Assembly: GCA_043804515.1 (NCBI GenBank)
Contig: JAZDIZ010000120.1
Location: forward strand, 1 to 40,065
Reading direction: 5' to 3'
Origin: Pseudomonadota bacterium
GTDB lineage: Bacteria; Bdellovibrionota_G; JALEGL01; DATDPG01
DNA: 40,065 nucleotides
A program made the position numbers and the translations under genes. The notes under the pieces are model-generated. The model was given only the letters and a program-made list of their open reading frames with translations. It made no database searches and was not told the DNA's origin. Positions 25,022 through 35,204 of the stretch are shown here, piece by piece; position 1 is the stretch's first letter, and each line of letters opens with the position of its first letter.

Positions 25022-26059
25022 CTACGCTGAAATTTGATCGATCGTTTTTCCGGCCAATTGGCCGCAGGCCGCCAAGATGTCTTCCCCCCGGCTCTTGCGG
25101 ACTGTGGCGTGAATTTTTCGAGTCAGCAAGTATTCTCGGATCTCGTCTACGCGCTCCCCGTCCGGGCGCTTGAGGTCCGGAAACACCGGGTTTTCGTTGT
25201 ACGGGATCAGATTTACCTTGGAGGGGATGCCCCGTAGGAGGTCGGCGAGTTTGCGTGTTTCCTCCAGCGTGTCATTCTTCCCCTTCATCAAGACCACCTC
25301 AAACGTGATCCTCCTCCCTTTCGGGAGCTTCACCGCCCGCAACTCCCTGAACAGCGCCTGGAGATCATATTTCCGGTTGATCGGCATCCAATGATCCCGG
25401 GCTTCGTCGCTCCCCCCGGTCAAGGAAACCGCTAGTTTCACGCCGGTGTTCTCGAGGAATGGGCGGATTTTCGGAACGATCCCGGCCGTGGACAACGTGA
25501 TTTTCCTCTTTCCGATCGCCATGCCGGCCGTGTCGCACATGACAAAAATAGCGCGCGCCACGTTCTCTTCATTCAGAAGGGGTTCACCCATGCCCATGAA
25601 AACGATGTTCGTGACCGGGCGTTTTTCCAGCACTCGGACATGGCGGATTTGCGCCACGATTTCCTCGGCCTTGAGGTTGCGTTTGAAGCCCATCGCTCCC
25701 GTGACGCAAAACGCGCAGTCCAAGGGGCATCCCACCTGGGACGAAATGCAGAACGTCTTCCTCTTTTCCTCGGGAATCCAGACGCCCTCCACGGAACGGC
25801 CGTCCGCGAGAAGGAATCGGAATTTGATGGTTCCGTCGCGGGACTCCCATCGCTCCACCCCGGGCTCGGTGATCTCGAACTCGGCCTCCAGGCGTTCCCG
25901 AAGCCGCTTTGAGAGGTTCGTCATCTCGGAAAAGCTTCGGGCCCCGCGCAGATAGAGCCAATTGAACACCTGGGGTGCCCGGTAGGAGGGTTCGTTCCAA
26001 TCCTTGAGCGCCGCCGCCAGATCCCCGAGCGTCAACGCGAGTATCGGGCGGCGATTCAT
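25022..26059 (-). CDS. rlmN: 23S rRNA (adenine-2503-C2)-methyltransferase, radical SAM
   Basis: CISSQVGCPLDCAFC, NIVFMGMGEPLLN, KVNLIPYN and DILAACGQL motifs. Confidence 0.97.
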   Translation of the reverse strand: MNRRPILALTLGDLAAALKDWNEPSYRAPQVFNWLYLRGARSFSEMTNLSKRLRERLEAEFEITEPGVERWESRDGTIKFRFLLADGRSVEGVWIPEEKRKTFCISSQVGCPLDCAFCVTGAMGFKRNLKAEEIVAQIRHVRVLEKRPVTNIVFMGMGEPLLNEENVARAIFVMCDTAGMAIGKRKITLSTAGIVPKIRPFLENTGVKLAVSLTGGSDEARDHWMPINRKYDLQALFRELRAVKLPKGRRITFEVVLMKGKNDTLEETRKLADLLRGIPSKVNLIPYNENPVFPDLKRPDGERVDEIREYLLTRKIHATVRKSRGEDILAACGQLAGKTIDQISA

Positions 26060-26067
26060 CCCTGCAA

Positions 26068-26499
26068 TTAGGGATTCGATCGGAGGATATCCAAGGCGTC
26101 GAAGAAGAAATGGATCTCCGTCTGGGCCGTCTCCGGCGAATCCGATCCGTGCACGATGTTCTTTTCCACGTCCGAGGCGAAGTCACGGCGGATCGTTCCC
26201 GGTACCGCGTCCTTCGGGTTCGTTGCACCCATCAGCTCGCGGTTCTTTGGGATGGCGTTCTCTCCGCGCAAGACCAGCACCACGATCGGGCCCGAGGACA
26301 TGAAGTCGGTCAGGGCCTCGAAGAAATGCTTTTCCCGGTGCACGCCGTAGAACGCCTCGGCCTCCCGCTTGGATAGGTTGGTCATCCACATCGCGCCGAT
26401 CTGGAGACCCGCCTTTTCGAACCGGCTGATGATTTCGCCGACGAGCCGCTTGCGGACGCCGTCGGGTTTGATGATGGACAGAGTATGTTCGATGGCCAC
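26068..26499 (-). CDS. ndk: Nucleoside diphosphate kinase
   Basis: [21 protein letters not shown] and NIVHGSDS motifs; AAGGAG RBS with GTG start. Confidence 0.97.
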   Translation of the reverse strand: MAIEHTLSIIKPDGVRKRLVGEIISRFEKAGLQIGAMWMTNLSKREAEAFYGVHREKHFFEALTDFMSSGPIVVLVLRGENAIPKNRELMGATNPKDAVPGTIRRDFASDVEKNIVHGSDSPETAQTEIHFFFDALDILRSNP

Positions 26500-26520
26500 G
26501 AAAAATCTCCTTGATTCGGG

Positions 26521-27393
26521 TTAACTGTTCAAAACCTTTCGGACCGTTTGGCCGATGTCGGCCGGGCTGTCCACGACGTGGATTCCCGCCTTACGCATGG
26601 CGGCCTTCTTCTCGGCGGCCGTCCCCTTCCCTCCCGATATGATCGCTCCCGCGTGCCCCATTCTTCTTCCGGGCGGGGCCGTGGAGCCGGCCACGAATCC
26701 GATCACCGGCTTTGTGAGGGTCTTTGAAATCAATTCCGCAGCCTCCTCTTCCGCCGTCCCGCCGATTTCCCCGATCATCACGACCGCATTCGTACCCGGG
26801 TCCCTCTCAAAGAGGGGCAGAAGATCCGTGAACGTGGAACCGATCACCTGGTCCCCGCCGATCCCGATGCATGTGGACTGGCCCAGACCCAACTCGGTCA
26901 GCTGGTGGACGGCCTCGTACGTGAGTGTGCCGCTCCTCGAGATGACGCCTACGCCGCCCGGTTTGTGGATGTACCCGGGCATGATTCCGAGCTTGGCTCC
27001 GCCCGGCGTGATGATGCCCGGGCAGTTGGGACCGATGAGGCGGCTTTTCGAGCTCGCCAGGTGCCGTTTCACGCGGGACATATCCAACGCGGGAATCCCT
27101 TCCGTGACGCAAACAATCAGCGGGATCTCCGCGTCGGCGGCTTCCAGAATCGAGTCGGCCGCGAACGCGGCCGGAACGAAAATCAGCGACGCGTCGATCT
27201 TCTGCGTCCGCGCCGCCTCGGCGACGGTGTCGTAAACCGGGATGCCCTCTATGGACTGGCCGCCCTTTCCGGGGGTCACTCCGGCTACGATCTTGGTCCC
27301 GTAATCGCGGCACGCAAGAGTGTGGAACTTGCCGTTGGAGCCGGTGATCCCTTGAACCAGGACCTTCGTGGATTGATCTACAAGAATCGACAT
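26521..27393 (-). CDS. sucD: Succinyl-CoA synthetase alpha subunit
   Basis: MSILVD...[23 protein letters not shown] and RMGHAGAI motifs. Confidence 0.98.
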   Translation of the reverse strand: MSILVDQSTKVLVQGITGSNGKFHTLACRDYGTKIVAGVTPGKGGQSIEGIPVYDTVAEAARTQKIDASLIFVPAAFAADSILEAADAEIPLIVCVTEGIPALDMSRVKRHLASSKSRLIGPNCPGIITPGGAKLGIMPGYIHKPGGVGVISRSGTLTYEAVHQLTELGLGQSTCIGIGGDQVIGSTFTDLLPLFERDPGTNAVVMIGEIGGTAEEEAAELISKTLTKPVIGFVAGSTAPPGRRMGHAGAIISGGKGTAAEKKAAMRKAGIHVVDSPADIGQTVRKVLNS

Positions 27394-27394
27394 T

Positions 27395-28564
27395 TTACTT
27401 CCTCTCCACGGCTGCGACAGCCAGTTTCGCCGCGTCCGCCATATTCGATGCGGTCTGGACCTTGATGCCTGAGTCTTTGAGGATCCGCCTTCCCTCGGCC
27501 ACGTTCGTGCCCTCCAGGCGGACCACCAGCGGCACGCCCAGATGGATCTCTCTGGCCGCCTGCACGATCCCCTCCGCCAGGACGTCGCACTTCATGATCC
27601 CTCCGAATATGTTGACCAGGATCCCCTTCACCTTCGGGTCCGCCACCAGAATCTTGAACGCCTCCCGAACCATGTCCGCTGAGGCACCCCCTCCCACGTC
27701 CAGGAAGTTGGCCGGTTCCCCTCCCGCCTGCTTGATGATGTCCATCGTGGCCATCGCGAGGCCCGCGCCGTTCACCATGCACCCGATGTTCCCGTCCAAA
27801 TGGATGTAGTTGAGGTTCCATTTGGCCGCTTCCAAGTCCCTGGGATCCTCCTCGTTCGGATCCGCAAGAGCATGGAGTTCCTCATGGCGGAACAGGGCGT
27901 TGTCGTCGAAGTTGATCTTGGCGTCGAGAGCGATCCACCGGTTGCTCTTGGTGATGACCAGCGGATTGATCTCCGCCAAGGAGCAGTCCTTATCCACGAA
28001 CAGCCGAACCAACCCGGCCACCAGCTTCGAGAAATCCTTTTGAAGCTCCGAAGGGAGCTTCAGGCCGAACGCGAGCGTCCGGCCGTGGTAAGCGGAGAAA
28101 CCCATGGCGGGGTCCACGTGTACCTTCAGGATCTTCTCGGGGGACTTTTTCGCCACCTCCTCGATCTCGACCCCTCCCTCCAGGCTGGCCATCACGACGA
28201 TGGAGTTCGTGGCGCGATCCAGGACCGCCGCGCAATAGAGTTCGCGCGAGATCTCGCATCCATCCTCGATCAGAAGCGTGCGGACGACCCGGCCCTCCGG
28301 GCCCGTCTGCGGCGTCACCAAGGGCTTGGAAAGAATGGCCTGCGCATTCGCTCGCACTTCCTCAAGCGTACGGGAGAGCTTGATCCCCCCTCCCTTTCCA
28401 CGCCCTCCGGCATAAATCTGGGCCTTGACCACCCATGGCCCCCGCTCGCCGAGTTTCCGCGCGGTGTCCATCGCCTCCTGAGGGCTGCGCGCCACCTCGC
28501 CCCGGAGCGTAGGGATGCCGTACTTGCGAAAGAGCGATTTCGCTTGATACTCGTGGATCTTCAT
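27395..28564 (-). CDS. sucC: Succinyl-CoA synthetase beta subunit
   Basis: [41 protein letters not shown] and [10 protein letters not shown] motifs. Confidence 0.98.
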   Translation of the reverse strand: MKIHEYQAKSLFRKYGIPTLRGEVARSPQEAMDTARKLGERGPWVVKAQIYAGGRGKGGGIKLSRTLEEVRANAQAILSKPLVTPQTGPEGRVVRTLLIEDGCEISRELYCAAVLDRATNSIVVMASLEGGVEIEEVAKKSPEKILKVHVDPAMGFSAYHGRTLAFGLKLPSELQKDFSKLVAGLVRLFVDKDCSLAEINPLVITKSNRWIALDAKINFDDNALFRHEELHALADPNEEDPRDLEAAKWNLNYIHLDGNIGCMVNGAGLAMATMDIIKQAGGEPANFLDVGGGASADMVREAFKILVADPKVKGILVNIFGGIMKCDVLAEGIVQAAREIHLGVPLVVRLEGTNVAEGRRILKDSGIKVQTASNMADAAKLAVAAVERK

Positions 28565-29502
28565 TTAAGAAATTCTCGCACTTTTTTGATCGACTCCTGC
28601 ACCATGCCCGCCGATTTCTCCAGAGCCTGTTTTTCATCGGGCAGAAGCTCGATCTCTATGATCTTTTCCACTCCGGCTGCGCCCAGCTTCACGGGCACGC
28701 CGATGCAAACGTCCTTCAAGCCGTACTCCCCGTCCAGATAAACGGAGGTCAACAGGATCCTCTTCTGGTCGTGAAGCACGGAAGCCGCCATCTCGACCGC
28801 CGCGGCCGCAGGCGCATAATATGCCGACCCGGTCTTCAACAGGTTGACGATCTCGGCGCCCCCGTCGCGCGTTCGCTGGATGATCTTATCGATCGTTTCT
28901 TTGGGCAGGAGGCTGGGCACGGGAATCCCCGCCATCGTGGAATATCGGGCCAGGGGGACCATCATATCGCCGTGGCCGCCCAGTACGAATGCGCTGACAT
29001 CCCGCACGGAACATTTCAACGCTTCCGCCAGGAAACTCCGGAAACGCGCGGAATCCAGAACGCCGGCCATGCCGAACACGCGATTGCGGGGAAACTCGCT
29101 CACTTCCCGCGCCACGTACACCATCACGTCCAGAGGGTTCGAAACCACCATCAGAATACAGTTGGGCGAATGGTCCACCGCTTGCGTAACCACTGATTTC
29201 ATGATCTTGGCGTTCGTTTGAAGCAGATCGTCGCGGCTCATCCCCGGTTTCCGGGGCACCCCCGCGGTGATGATCACAAGATCCGAATCCGCGGTGGCTT
29301 TGAAATCGTTCGAGCCCACGATCTCCAAGTCGTATCCTTCGAGCGGGGCTGCTTGGGACAGATCCAGCGCCTTCCCTTGTGGGATTCCCTCCAGCACATC
29401 CACAAGGACCAAATCGGCCAGCTGCTTGGCCGCCGCCCAATGGGCTACGGTGGCTCCCACATTTCCGGCCCCAACGATCGTCACTTTCTTCCGGCTAGGC
29501 AT
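28561..29502 (-). CDS. mdh: Malate dehydrogenase (LDH-like)
   Basis: [35 protein letters not shown] and LGGHGD motifs. Confidence 0.97.
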   Translation of the reverse strand: MPSRKKVTIVGAGNVGATVAHWAAAKQLADLVLVDVLEGIPQGKALDLSQAAPLEGYDLEIVGSNDFKATADSDLVIITAGVPRKPGMSRDDLLQTNAKIMKSVVTQAVDHSPNCILMVVSNPLDVMVYVAREVSEFPRNRVFGMAGVLDSARFRSFLAEALKCSVRDVSAFVLGGHGDMMVPLARYSTMAGIPVPSLLPKETIDKIIQRTRDGGAEIVNLLKTGSAYYAPAAAAVEMAASVLHDQKRILLTSVYLDGEYGLKDVCIGVPVKLGAAGVEKIIEIELLPDEKQALEKSAGMVQESIKKVREFLK

Positions 29503-29510
29503 AGTTCACC

Positions 29511-30755
29511 TCACATGTTTTGGATAATCGCGCGACCGAACTCGGAGCATTTAAGAAGTTTGGCTCCGGGCATCAGCCGTTCCAGGTCATACGTCACCGT
29601 TTTGTCGAGGATCGTCTTTTCCAGCGCCCGCGTGATGATCTCTCCCGCCTCTTTCCATCCCAGATGCTCGAACATCATGACACCCGACAGGATGACCGAG
29701 CCCGGGTTCACCTTGTCCTGCCCGGCGTACTTCGGCGAGCTCCCGTGCGTGGCTTCGAACACGGCGACTTGATCTCCGATGTTGGCCCCCGGCCCGAGAC
29801 CCAGGCCGCCCACCTGCGCCACCAAGGCATCCGAAAGGTAATCGCCGTTGAGGTTCATCGTGGCCAGGACGCTGTACTCTTCGGGACGTAAAAGCGCTTG
29901 TTGGAACATGGAGTCGGCGATCCGGTCCTTGATGACCACCCTTCCGGCCGGAGCCTTTCCATCGTGCTTCGCCGCCACGTCGTCTTCCGTGACGGTCCGG
30001 TCCACGAACTCCACGCGGGCCACTTCATAACCCCAATCTTTGAAAGCCCCTTCGGTGAATTTCTGGATGTTCCCTTTGTGAACCAGCGTGACGGACGGAA
30101 GCTGGTGGTCGATCGCATATGCAATCGCCCTTCGGACCAGCCTCTTGCAGCCGAAGGGCGTGACCGGCTTGATTCCGATGGCAGTATCCGCCCGCAGGGT
30201 GGTCTTAAGCTCCGCCCCCAGGAAGGCGATGAGCCGGTGCGCTTCGTCGGACCCCGATTTCCACTCGATCCCCGCGTATACGTCCTCCGTGTTCTCCCGA
30301 AAGACGACCATATTGACCTTCTCCGGGGCTTTCACGGGGGATGGAACCCCCCGGAACCAACGCACGGGCCGGACACAGGCATAAAGATCGAAAATCTGCC
30401 GGAGCGCCACGTTCAGGCTTCGGAATCCACCCCCTACAGGCGTCGTGAGAGGTCCCTTGATCGCCACTCGGTAGGTTTCAATGGCCTTCAGCGTGTCTTT
30501 CGGGATCAGCTCCCCGTAAGCCTTCTGAGCCTTTTCGCCCGCCAGGACTTCAAACCACGAGACCCGTTTCTTGCCGCCGTACGCCTTTTCGACCGCCGCA
30601 TCGAAAACGGACCGGCTCGCCCGCCAGACATCAGGGCCCGTTCCGTCCCCCTCGATGTATGGGAGAATGGGCTGGTCCGGCACATCCAGGCGCCCTTGCG
30701 AGTCCATCCGGACGGCCTCTCCGATTTGCGGAGGCGTGATTTTATCAAACGACAT
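29511..30755 (-). CDS. icd: NADP-dependent isocitrate dehydrogenase (dimeric type)
   Basis: [48 protein letters not shown] and FEATHG motifs; AGGAG RBS before ATG 30755. Confidence 0.97.
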   Translation of the reverse strand: MSFDKITPPQIGEAVRMDSQGRLDVPDQPILPYIEGDGTGPDVWRASRSVFDAAVEKAYGGKKRVSWFEVLAGEKAQKAYGELIPKDTLKAIETYRVAIKGPLTTPVGGGFRSLNVALRQIFDLYACVRPVRWFRGVPSPVKAPEKVNMVVFRENTEDVYAGIEWKSGSDEAHRLIAFLGAELKTTLRADTAIGIKPVTPFGCKRLVRRAIAYAIDHQLPSVTLVHKGNIQKFTEGAFKDWGYEVARVEFVDRTVTEDDVAAKHDGKAPAGRVVIKDRIADSMFQQALLRPEEYSVLATMNLNGDYLSDALVAQVGGLGLGPGANIGDQVAVFEATHGSSPKYAGQDKVNPGSVILSGVMMFEHLGWKEAGEIITRALEKTILDKTVTYDLERLMPGAKLLKCSEFGRAIIQNM

Positions 30756-30914
30756 GGTTGAGACTCCTATCGGCTCCCCGGCGTAATGAATCAAAAAATT
30801 CGGGCGCTTATATCACCGAACCCCGGTGATCACAAACCCCTGCCGCCCCGCCGAACCTTACCAATTCCCCATTTTTCGGCTATTAAGAAACCGCATTTTT
30901 CGATCGGAGGCACG

Positions 30915-31541
30915 ATGTTCGGAAGACTGATTCCGAGAGAAGAAAGATTCTTCGACCACTTCCGCCGGTTGGCTGATCTCCTCGTCCAAGGGGCCCGGGA
31001 ATTCCAGGAACTCGCCGCCGATCCGGCCCATCTGGAAAACCGCTCCCGGAACCTCAAAATGATCGAGACCAGCGCGGATGAAGTCACGCACGGGACGGTC
31101 GAGCTGCTCCACAAGACCTTCATCACGCCCTTCGACCGCGGGGACATTTACCGGCTGATCACGAAAATGGATGACGTTCTGGACATGACCGAGGCGGTGG
31201 CGCAACGCATGTACCTATACGATCTTCGGGAGATTCCTTCGTTCCTTCCACCTTTGGCCGACATCATCGTTCAGGCTACGGAGCATCTGCGGGAGGCGGT
31301 TCTGAATCTGGAGCATCTCAAGAACCCCCAGGAGATCCTACGCCATTGCATCGAGGTCCACCGGCTGGAAAACAACGCCGACCACATCTTCCGGGCCGCC
31401 CTGGGAAACCTATTCCGCGAGGAGACCGACACCCGGCAGCTCATCAAGAAGAAAGAGGTTTGCGAACGCCTGGAGACCGTGACCGACTGCTGCGAGAACG
31501 TGGCCAACATCATCGAGGGGATCGTCCTGGAGCATGCATAG
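30915..31541 (+). CDS. DUF47/PhoU-like phosphate transport regulator
   Basis: GGAGG RBS before ATG 30915; LIPREERFFD, LHKTFITPFDRGDI and HRLENNAD motifs; directly upstream of a PiT gene. Confidence 0.92.
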   Translation: MFGRLIPREERFFDHFRRLADLLVQGAREFQELAADPAHLENRSRNLKMIETSADEVTHGTVELLHKTFITPFDRGDIYRLITKMDDVLDMTEAVAQRMYLYDLREIPSFLPPLADIIVQATEHLREAVLNLEHLKNPQEILRHCIEVHRLENNADHIFRAALGNLFREETDTRQLIKKKEVCERLETVTDCCENVANIIEGIVLEHA

Positions 31542-32532
31542 CCTCCCGTTGCTCGTCGGTGTTGTCACTGTCGCCCTGGTTTTCGATTTTTTCAACGGCT
31601 TCCACGACGCCGCCAATTCCATCGCGACGGTGGTTTCCACCCGCGTCCTCAAGCCCCACTGGGCCGTAGTATGGGCCGCTTTTTTCAATTTCATCGCCTT
31701 TCTGGTCTTCGGTCTGAGCGTGGCCAACACGATCGGAAAAGGGGTCGTGGACACGTCCGTGGTCGATTCACTCGTCGTCCTATCGGCGCTGGTCGGGGCG
31801 ATCGCCTGGGACATCATCACGTGGTACTACGGGATTCCCTCCAGCTCGTCCCACGCTTTGATCGGGGGGTTGGCCGGGGCTGCCGTGGCCAAAGCCGGCG
31901 TCACCGCGCTCAAGGCCCAGGGGTTCATCAAGATCATCATTTCGATCATCGCGTCCCCCGTCCTGGGTTTCGTTCTGGCCTATATCCTGATGACCCTCGT
32001 CTCGATCGTCTTTTTCAAGAGCGCACCCCGGAAAGTGGACAAATGGGCTCGCCGATTCCAGTTCTTGTCGGCGTCCCTCTATAGTCTGGGACATGGCGGG
32101 AACGACGCTCAGAAAACGATGGGAATCATCGCCGTTCTTCTGTTCGCGTCGGGAAAGCTCGGCCCCGAGTTCTACGTGCCCATGTGGATCGTTCTGTCAT
32201 GCCACGCAGCCATGGGGCTGGGAACGTTGTTCGGCGGATGGCGGATCGTGAAGACGATGGGGATGAAGATCACCAAACTCAAACCCGTCGGGGGCTGCTG
32301 CGCCGAGACCGGCGGTGCCATCTCCCTTTTTCTGGCCACGTTCTTCGGCGCCCCTGTTTCCACGACGCACACGATTACCGGCTCGATCATGGGCGTGGGC
32401 GCGGTCACGAAGTTCTCGGCCGTGCGCTGGGGCGTGGCGGAGCGGATCGTTTGGGCGTGGATACTCACGATCCCCGCTTCGGCGTTCATCTCCTGCGTGA
32501 CGTGGTGGATGATCCGCCTAATCCGCGCTTAG
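31534..32532 (+). CDS. pit: Inorganic phosphate transporter, PiT family
   Basis: NGFHDAANSIATVVSTR, PSSSSHALIGG, GHGGNDAQKTMG and PVSTTH motifs. Confidence 0.95.
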   Translation: MHSLPLLVGVVTVALVFDFFNGFHDAANSIATVVSTRVLKPHWAVVWAAFFNFIAFLVFGLSVANTIGKGVVDTSVVDSLVVLSALVGAIAWDIITWYYGIPSSSSHALIGGLAGAAVAKAGVTALKAQGFIKIIISIIASPVLGFVLAYILMTLVSIVFFKSAPRKVDKWARRFQFLSASLYSLGHGGNDAQKTMGIIAVLLFASGKLGPEFYVPMWIVLSCHAAMGLGTLFGGWRIVKTMGMKITKLKPVGGCCAETGGAISLFLATFFGAPVSTTHTITGSIMGVGAVTKFSAVRWGVAERIVWAWILTIPASAFISCVTWWMIRLIRA

Positions 32533-32562
32533 TTTGAACTAATCAGGAGTCACAGCGAGCTG

Positions 32563-32701
32563 GCGGGATGGTCTGTTGCCTGCGCTCCGTGGCTCGGATC
32601 GCATCACGGGGCATCATGGGGGACACCCTTAAGGGTGTCCCCATCAGCCCCAACACGGCGATCCTGCGCCTTACCTCCGCTCCGGCACCAACCCACCCCG
32701 C
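32563..32701. repeat. Long imperfect palindrome (REP/REPIN-like hairpin, about 140 nt)
   Basis: Perfect 24-bp palindrome GGGGACACCCTTAAGGGTGTCCCC (32619-32642) with nested arms GGGGC/GCCCC, GGATCGC/GCGATCC, TGCC/GGCA and GCGGGATGG/CCACCCCGC. Confidence 0.75.
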
Positions 32702-32834
32702 AGGCGTCCTTCAAAAGCTCAAAAATCCTGCCATTAACCGAAAGGAGCGTCCTCCTTCATCCCGCAACACACCACTTACTCGTCAGCAGAGGATCTCTCG
32801 CTTGTTATAGGGAAGAAGAGAGTGAGTATCGGGG

Positions 32835-32870
32835 TAAGATAATTGACGGGGAAACGGCGTCCCCGTCATT
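32835..32870 (-). terminator. Probable terminator hairpin after the pilV-like gene
   Basis: 9-bp stem TGACGGGGA (32844-32852) / TCCCCGTCA (32860-32868) about 40 nt past the stop; minus-strand tail ATTATCTT is only moderately U-rich. Confidence 0.5.
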
Positions 32871-32907
32871 CAAACTACCGAAATTTCAACGTGCGACGGC
32901 AACCGGC

Positions 32908-33630
32908 CTACGAGCCCAGCTTAACAACGGTGGTATCGATGTGAACCGAATGGCACTCGCCGTCCCGGGACCGCCACGTGCAGAGGACTTTGATCTTCTT
33001 CTCCGGATTCGACCCCGGGACACCGCCACCGGGCATACTCGTGATGTCATTCCCGTCACAGGCCATCCACTGGACGCGCGTTGAATTCGAATTGAATTGC
33101 CCCGCGTATCCCGCTGTCGGATCCACGCTGCAATCCTTCGCCGCAGGCGGTTGACCCGGCGTGGGCAGCGCCCCGGGTGCCGTGTACGCGGGCGGCGTGG
33201 CTTGGCCCGCACTGCCCGTGAAATCATCCCCCTTGCAGATCACATACGTCCGCGTGAATTTGTACGGCCCCTGCGTTTTGGACGTGCAATCATCGGGATT
33301 CTGCTGGTCGCACCTTCTCGCCTGGCTATTCAGATCGGTTTCCTGGATCATGTCTCCGTTGGCCAGACCGTACAACGCCGCGTTCGTCATGTCGGTCAGG
33401 GGAAAATTTCCAAGCGAGTTCCAATCCACGTCCTTGAGCTCTTCCATCCTGAGCTGACAAATGTTGGTGGCCGCGGTCAGGTCACTCGCCCCTCTGCTCC
33501 CCTTCATGACCAGAATCGTCATGGCCGCCATGCCGAGAAGACCCACGGCCAATACGACCATGGCGACGAGGATTTCGATGAGCGTAAAACCCTTACTATT
33601 ACAGTCGATATTTGCCTTAAAAGTCAACAT
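32908..33630 (-). CDS. pilV: PilV-like type IV minor pilin
   Basis: Class III signal KG|FTLIEILVAMVVLAVGLLGMAAM with E5; ATNICQLRMEELK helix; FTRTYV and KKIKVLCTW strands. Confidence 0.8.
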   Translation of the reverse strand: MLTFKANIDCNSKGFTLIEILVAMVVLAVGLLGMAAMTILVMKGSRGASDLTAATNICQLRMEELKDVDWNSLGNFPLTDMTNAALYGLANGDMIQETDLNSQARRCDQQNPDDCTSKTQGPYKFTRTYVICKGDDFTGSAGQATPPAYTAPGALPTPGQPPAAKDCSVDPTAGYAGQFNSNSTRVQWMACDGNDITSMPGGGVPGSNPEKKIKVLCTWRSRDGECHSVHIDTTVVKLGS

Positions 33631-33661
33631 GATAGACGTAGATCTCTCATCCTTTCCATCA

Positions 33662-35080
33662 TCACGAAAGCCGGTCGCGTTCCTTTCCGATCTGGCGGAT
33701 CTCGTTTTCCAGCTTATAACGTTTGATCTTATACAGAAGTGCCCGATGGCTGATCTCCAAGAGCTTCGCGGCCTTCGTGCGGTTACCTTGGGCCCGTTGA
33801 AGGGCCTTCACGATCAATTCCTCCTCCATGACCCGCTCCATTTTTTTGATCGAAAGCTCATCCCCCGAAAAACGCGCTGCGGCCGACGAGCCTCTTTGAA
33901 GCCCCCGCATCTTTGCAGGAAGGTCTTCCAGGAGGACGTGATCGGTGTTCGCGAGGACCATGGCCCGTTCGATGGTGTTCTCCAGCTCGCGTACGTTTCC
34001 CGGCCAATCGTAATCCATGAACACCTTCATGACCCGCGCGTCCACTCCGGCCACCGGCGAAGAGAGCTTCTTGCGGTATTTTTGCACGAAGTGGTCACAG
34101 AGAATCGGAATATCCTCTTTCCGGTCCCGGAGAGGCGGAAGGTGGATCGGAAGGACGTGCAGGCGATAGAAGAGGTCTTCGCGGAAGGTCCCCTGTTCCA
34201 CTTCCTTCCCCAGGTCCTTGACCGTGGCCGCAATGATCCTCACGTCGATCTTAATCGGATTCACGTCCCCCACGCGCCGAATTTCCTCCTCTTGAAGCGC
34301 GCGGAGAAGCTTCACCTGAAGAAGGAGCGGGAGCTCGCCGATCTCATCCAAAAAAAGCGTCCCTGAGTCAGCCTCCTCGAAGAGCCCCTTCTTGGTCCGG
34401 ACCGCGCCGGTGAACGAGCCTTTGACGTGGCCGAAAAGTTCGCTTTCCAGAAGATTCTCCGGAATGGCGCCGCAATTCACCGTAATGAAGGCATTGTCGG
34501 AGCGGGAACTGCTGTAATGGATAGCGCGGGCGATCAACTCCTTGCCCGTTCCGCTCTCTCCCAAGAGGAGACACGTGGTTTTGTACTCCGCGATTTTCTC
34601 GATCGTGCTGAAGATGTCCTGCATTTCCGGGCTTTTGGCGACGATATGGGAGAATTCGTATTCCCGGTGCATTTCGGGATGCCCAGTGAAGGACTCCCGG
34701 CGGGATTTTTCGCGCTCGACCGCTTTCCGAAACGCCAACAGCAACGCTTCCTTTTGAAGCGGCTTCGTCACGTAATCGGAGGCTCCGGCCCGAATCGCCT
34801 CCAGGATAACGTCCTGTTTTTCGGACGGCGCCATCGCCACGATGACCAGATCGGACCGCTTCTCCCGAGCCTTTTTGAGAAAGTCGAGCCCGTCCATTCC
34901 GGGGACTTGGAGGCCCGAAAGCAGGAAGCGATAGGTCCCGGTGTTCAAGCGTTCCAACGCGGCCTTGGCGGAGTCCGCTACCTCGGGGATCCATCCTTCT
35001 TTTCTGAGGAGGGCCGACGCCCGTTCCCGGGCTGTGCCGTCCTCATCCAGAATTAAGAGTTGTTCATTGGGCACGGGCAA
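33662..35080 (-). CDS. Sigma54-dependent Fis-family activator (PilR/AtoC-like) with atypical receiver domain
   Basis: GESGTGKE, LESELFGHVKGSFTGA, LFLDEIGE, FREDLFYRL, WPGNVRELEN, C-terminal HTH; start may be GTG 35074. Confidence 0.92.
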   Translation of the reverse strand: MPVPNEQLLILDEDGTARERASALLRKEGWIPEVADSAKAALERLNTGTYRFLLSGLQVPGMDGLDFLKKAREKRSDLVIVAMAPSEKQDVILEAIRAGASDYVTKPLQKEALLLAFRKAVEREKSRRESFTGHPEMHREYEFSHIVAKSPEMQDIFSTIEKIAEYKTTCLLLGESGTGKELIARAIHYSSSRSDNAFITVNCGAIPENLLESELFGHVKGSFTGAVRTKKGLFEEADSGTLFLDEIGELPLLLQVKLLRALQEEEIRRVGDVNPIKIDVRIIAATVKDLGKEVEQGTFREDLFYRLHVLPIHLPPLRDRKEDIPILCDHFVQKYRKKLSSPVAGVDARVMKVFMDYDWPGNVRELENTIERAMVLANTDHVLLEDLPAKMRGLQRGSSAAARFSGDELSIKKMERVMEEELIVKALQRAQGNRTKAAKLLEISHRALLYKIKRYKLENEIRQIGKERDRLS

Positions 35081-35204
35081 TTCGTCTTGTTTAGATTATC
35101 AGACAGCGTCCACCCCGCAAACTTTGCGTAGTCCGAATTTTGTCTGGCCGCTTCGAAGTTTTGACGTTAACCTGAGTTTGTTCCTGAACGAGAAAGGGAG
35201 TCTC

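Noticed and set aside
23425..25173. 582-aa plus-strand ORF
   Set aside because: Antisense shadow of mtnP and its neighbours; Arg/His/Leu-rich with no motifs, as expected from GC-rich codon bias.
24151..32532. icd-mdh-sucCD-ndk-rlmN-mtnP and DUF47-pit clusters as novel systems
   Set aside because: Ordinary housekeeping genes in familiar arrangements.
32775..32790. CTGACGAG on the minus strand, resembling a hammerhead ribozyme core
   Set aside because: No stem II followed by GAAA, and no matching stems I or III.
32838..32855. AATTGACGGGG, matching a conserved 16S rRNA motif
   Set aside because: Only about 11 nt, forms one arm of a local hairpin, and the flanks are not rRNA-like.
32533..33630. 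Pilin plus downstream hairpin as a diversity-generating retroelement target
   Set aside because: No template repeat or reverse transcriptase seen in the window; cannot be excluded genome-wide but unsupported here.
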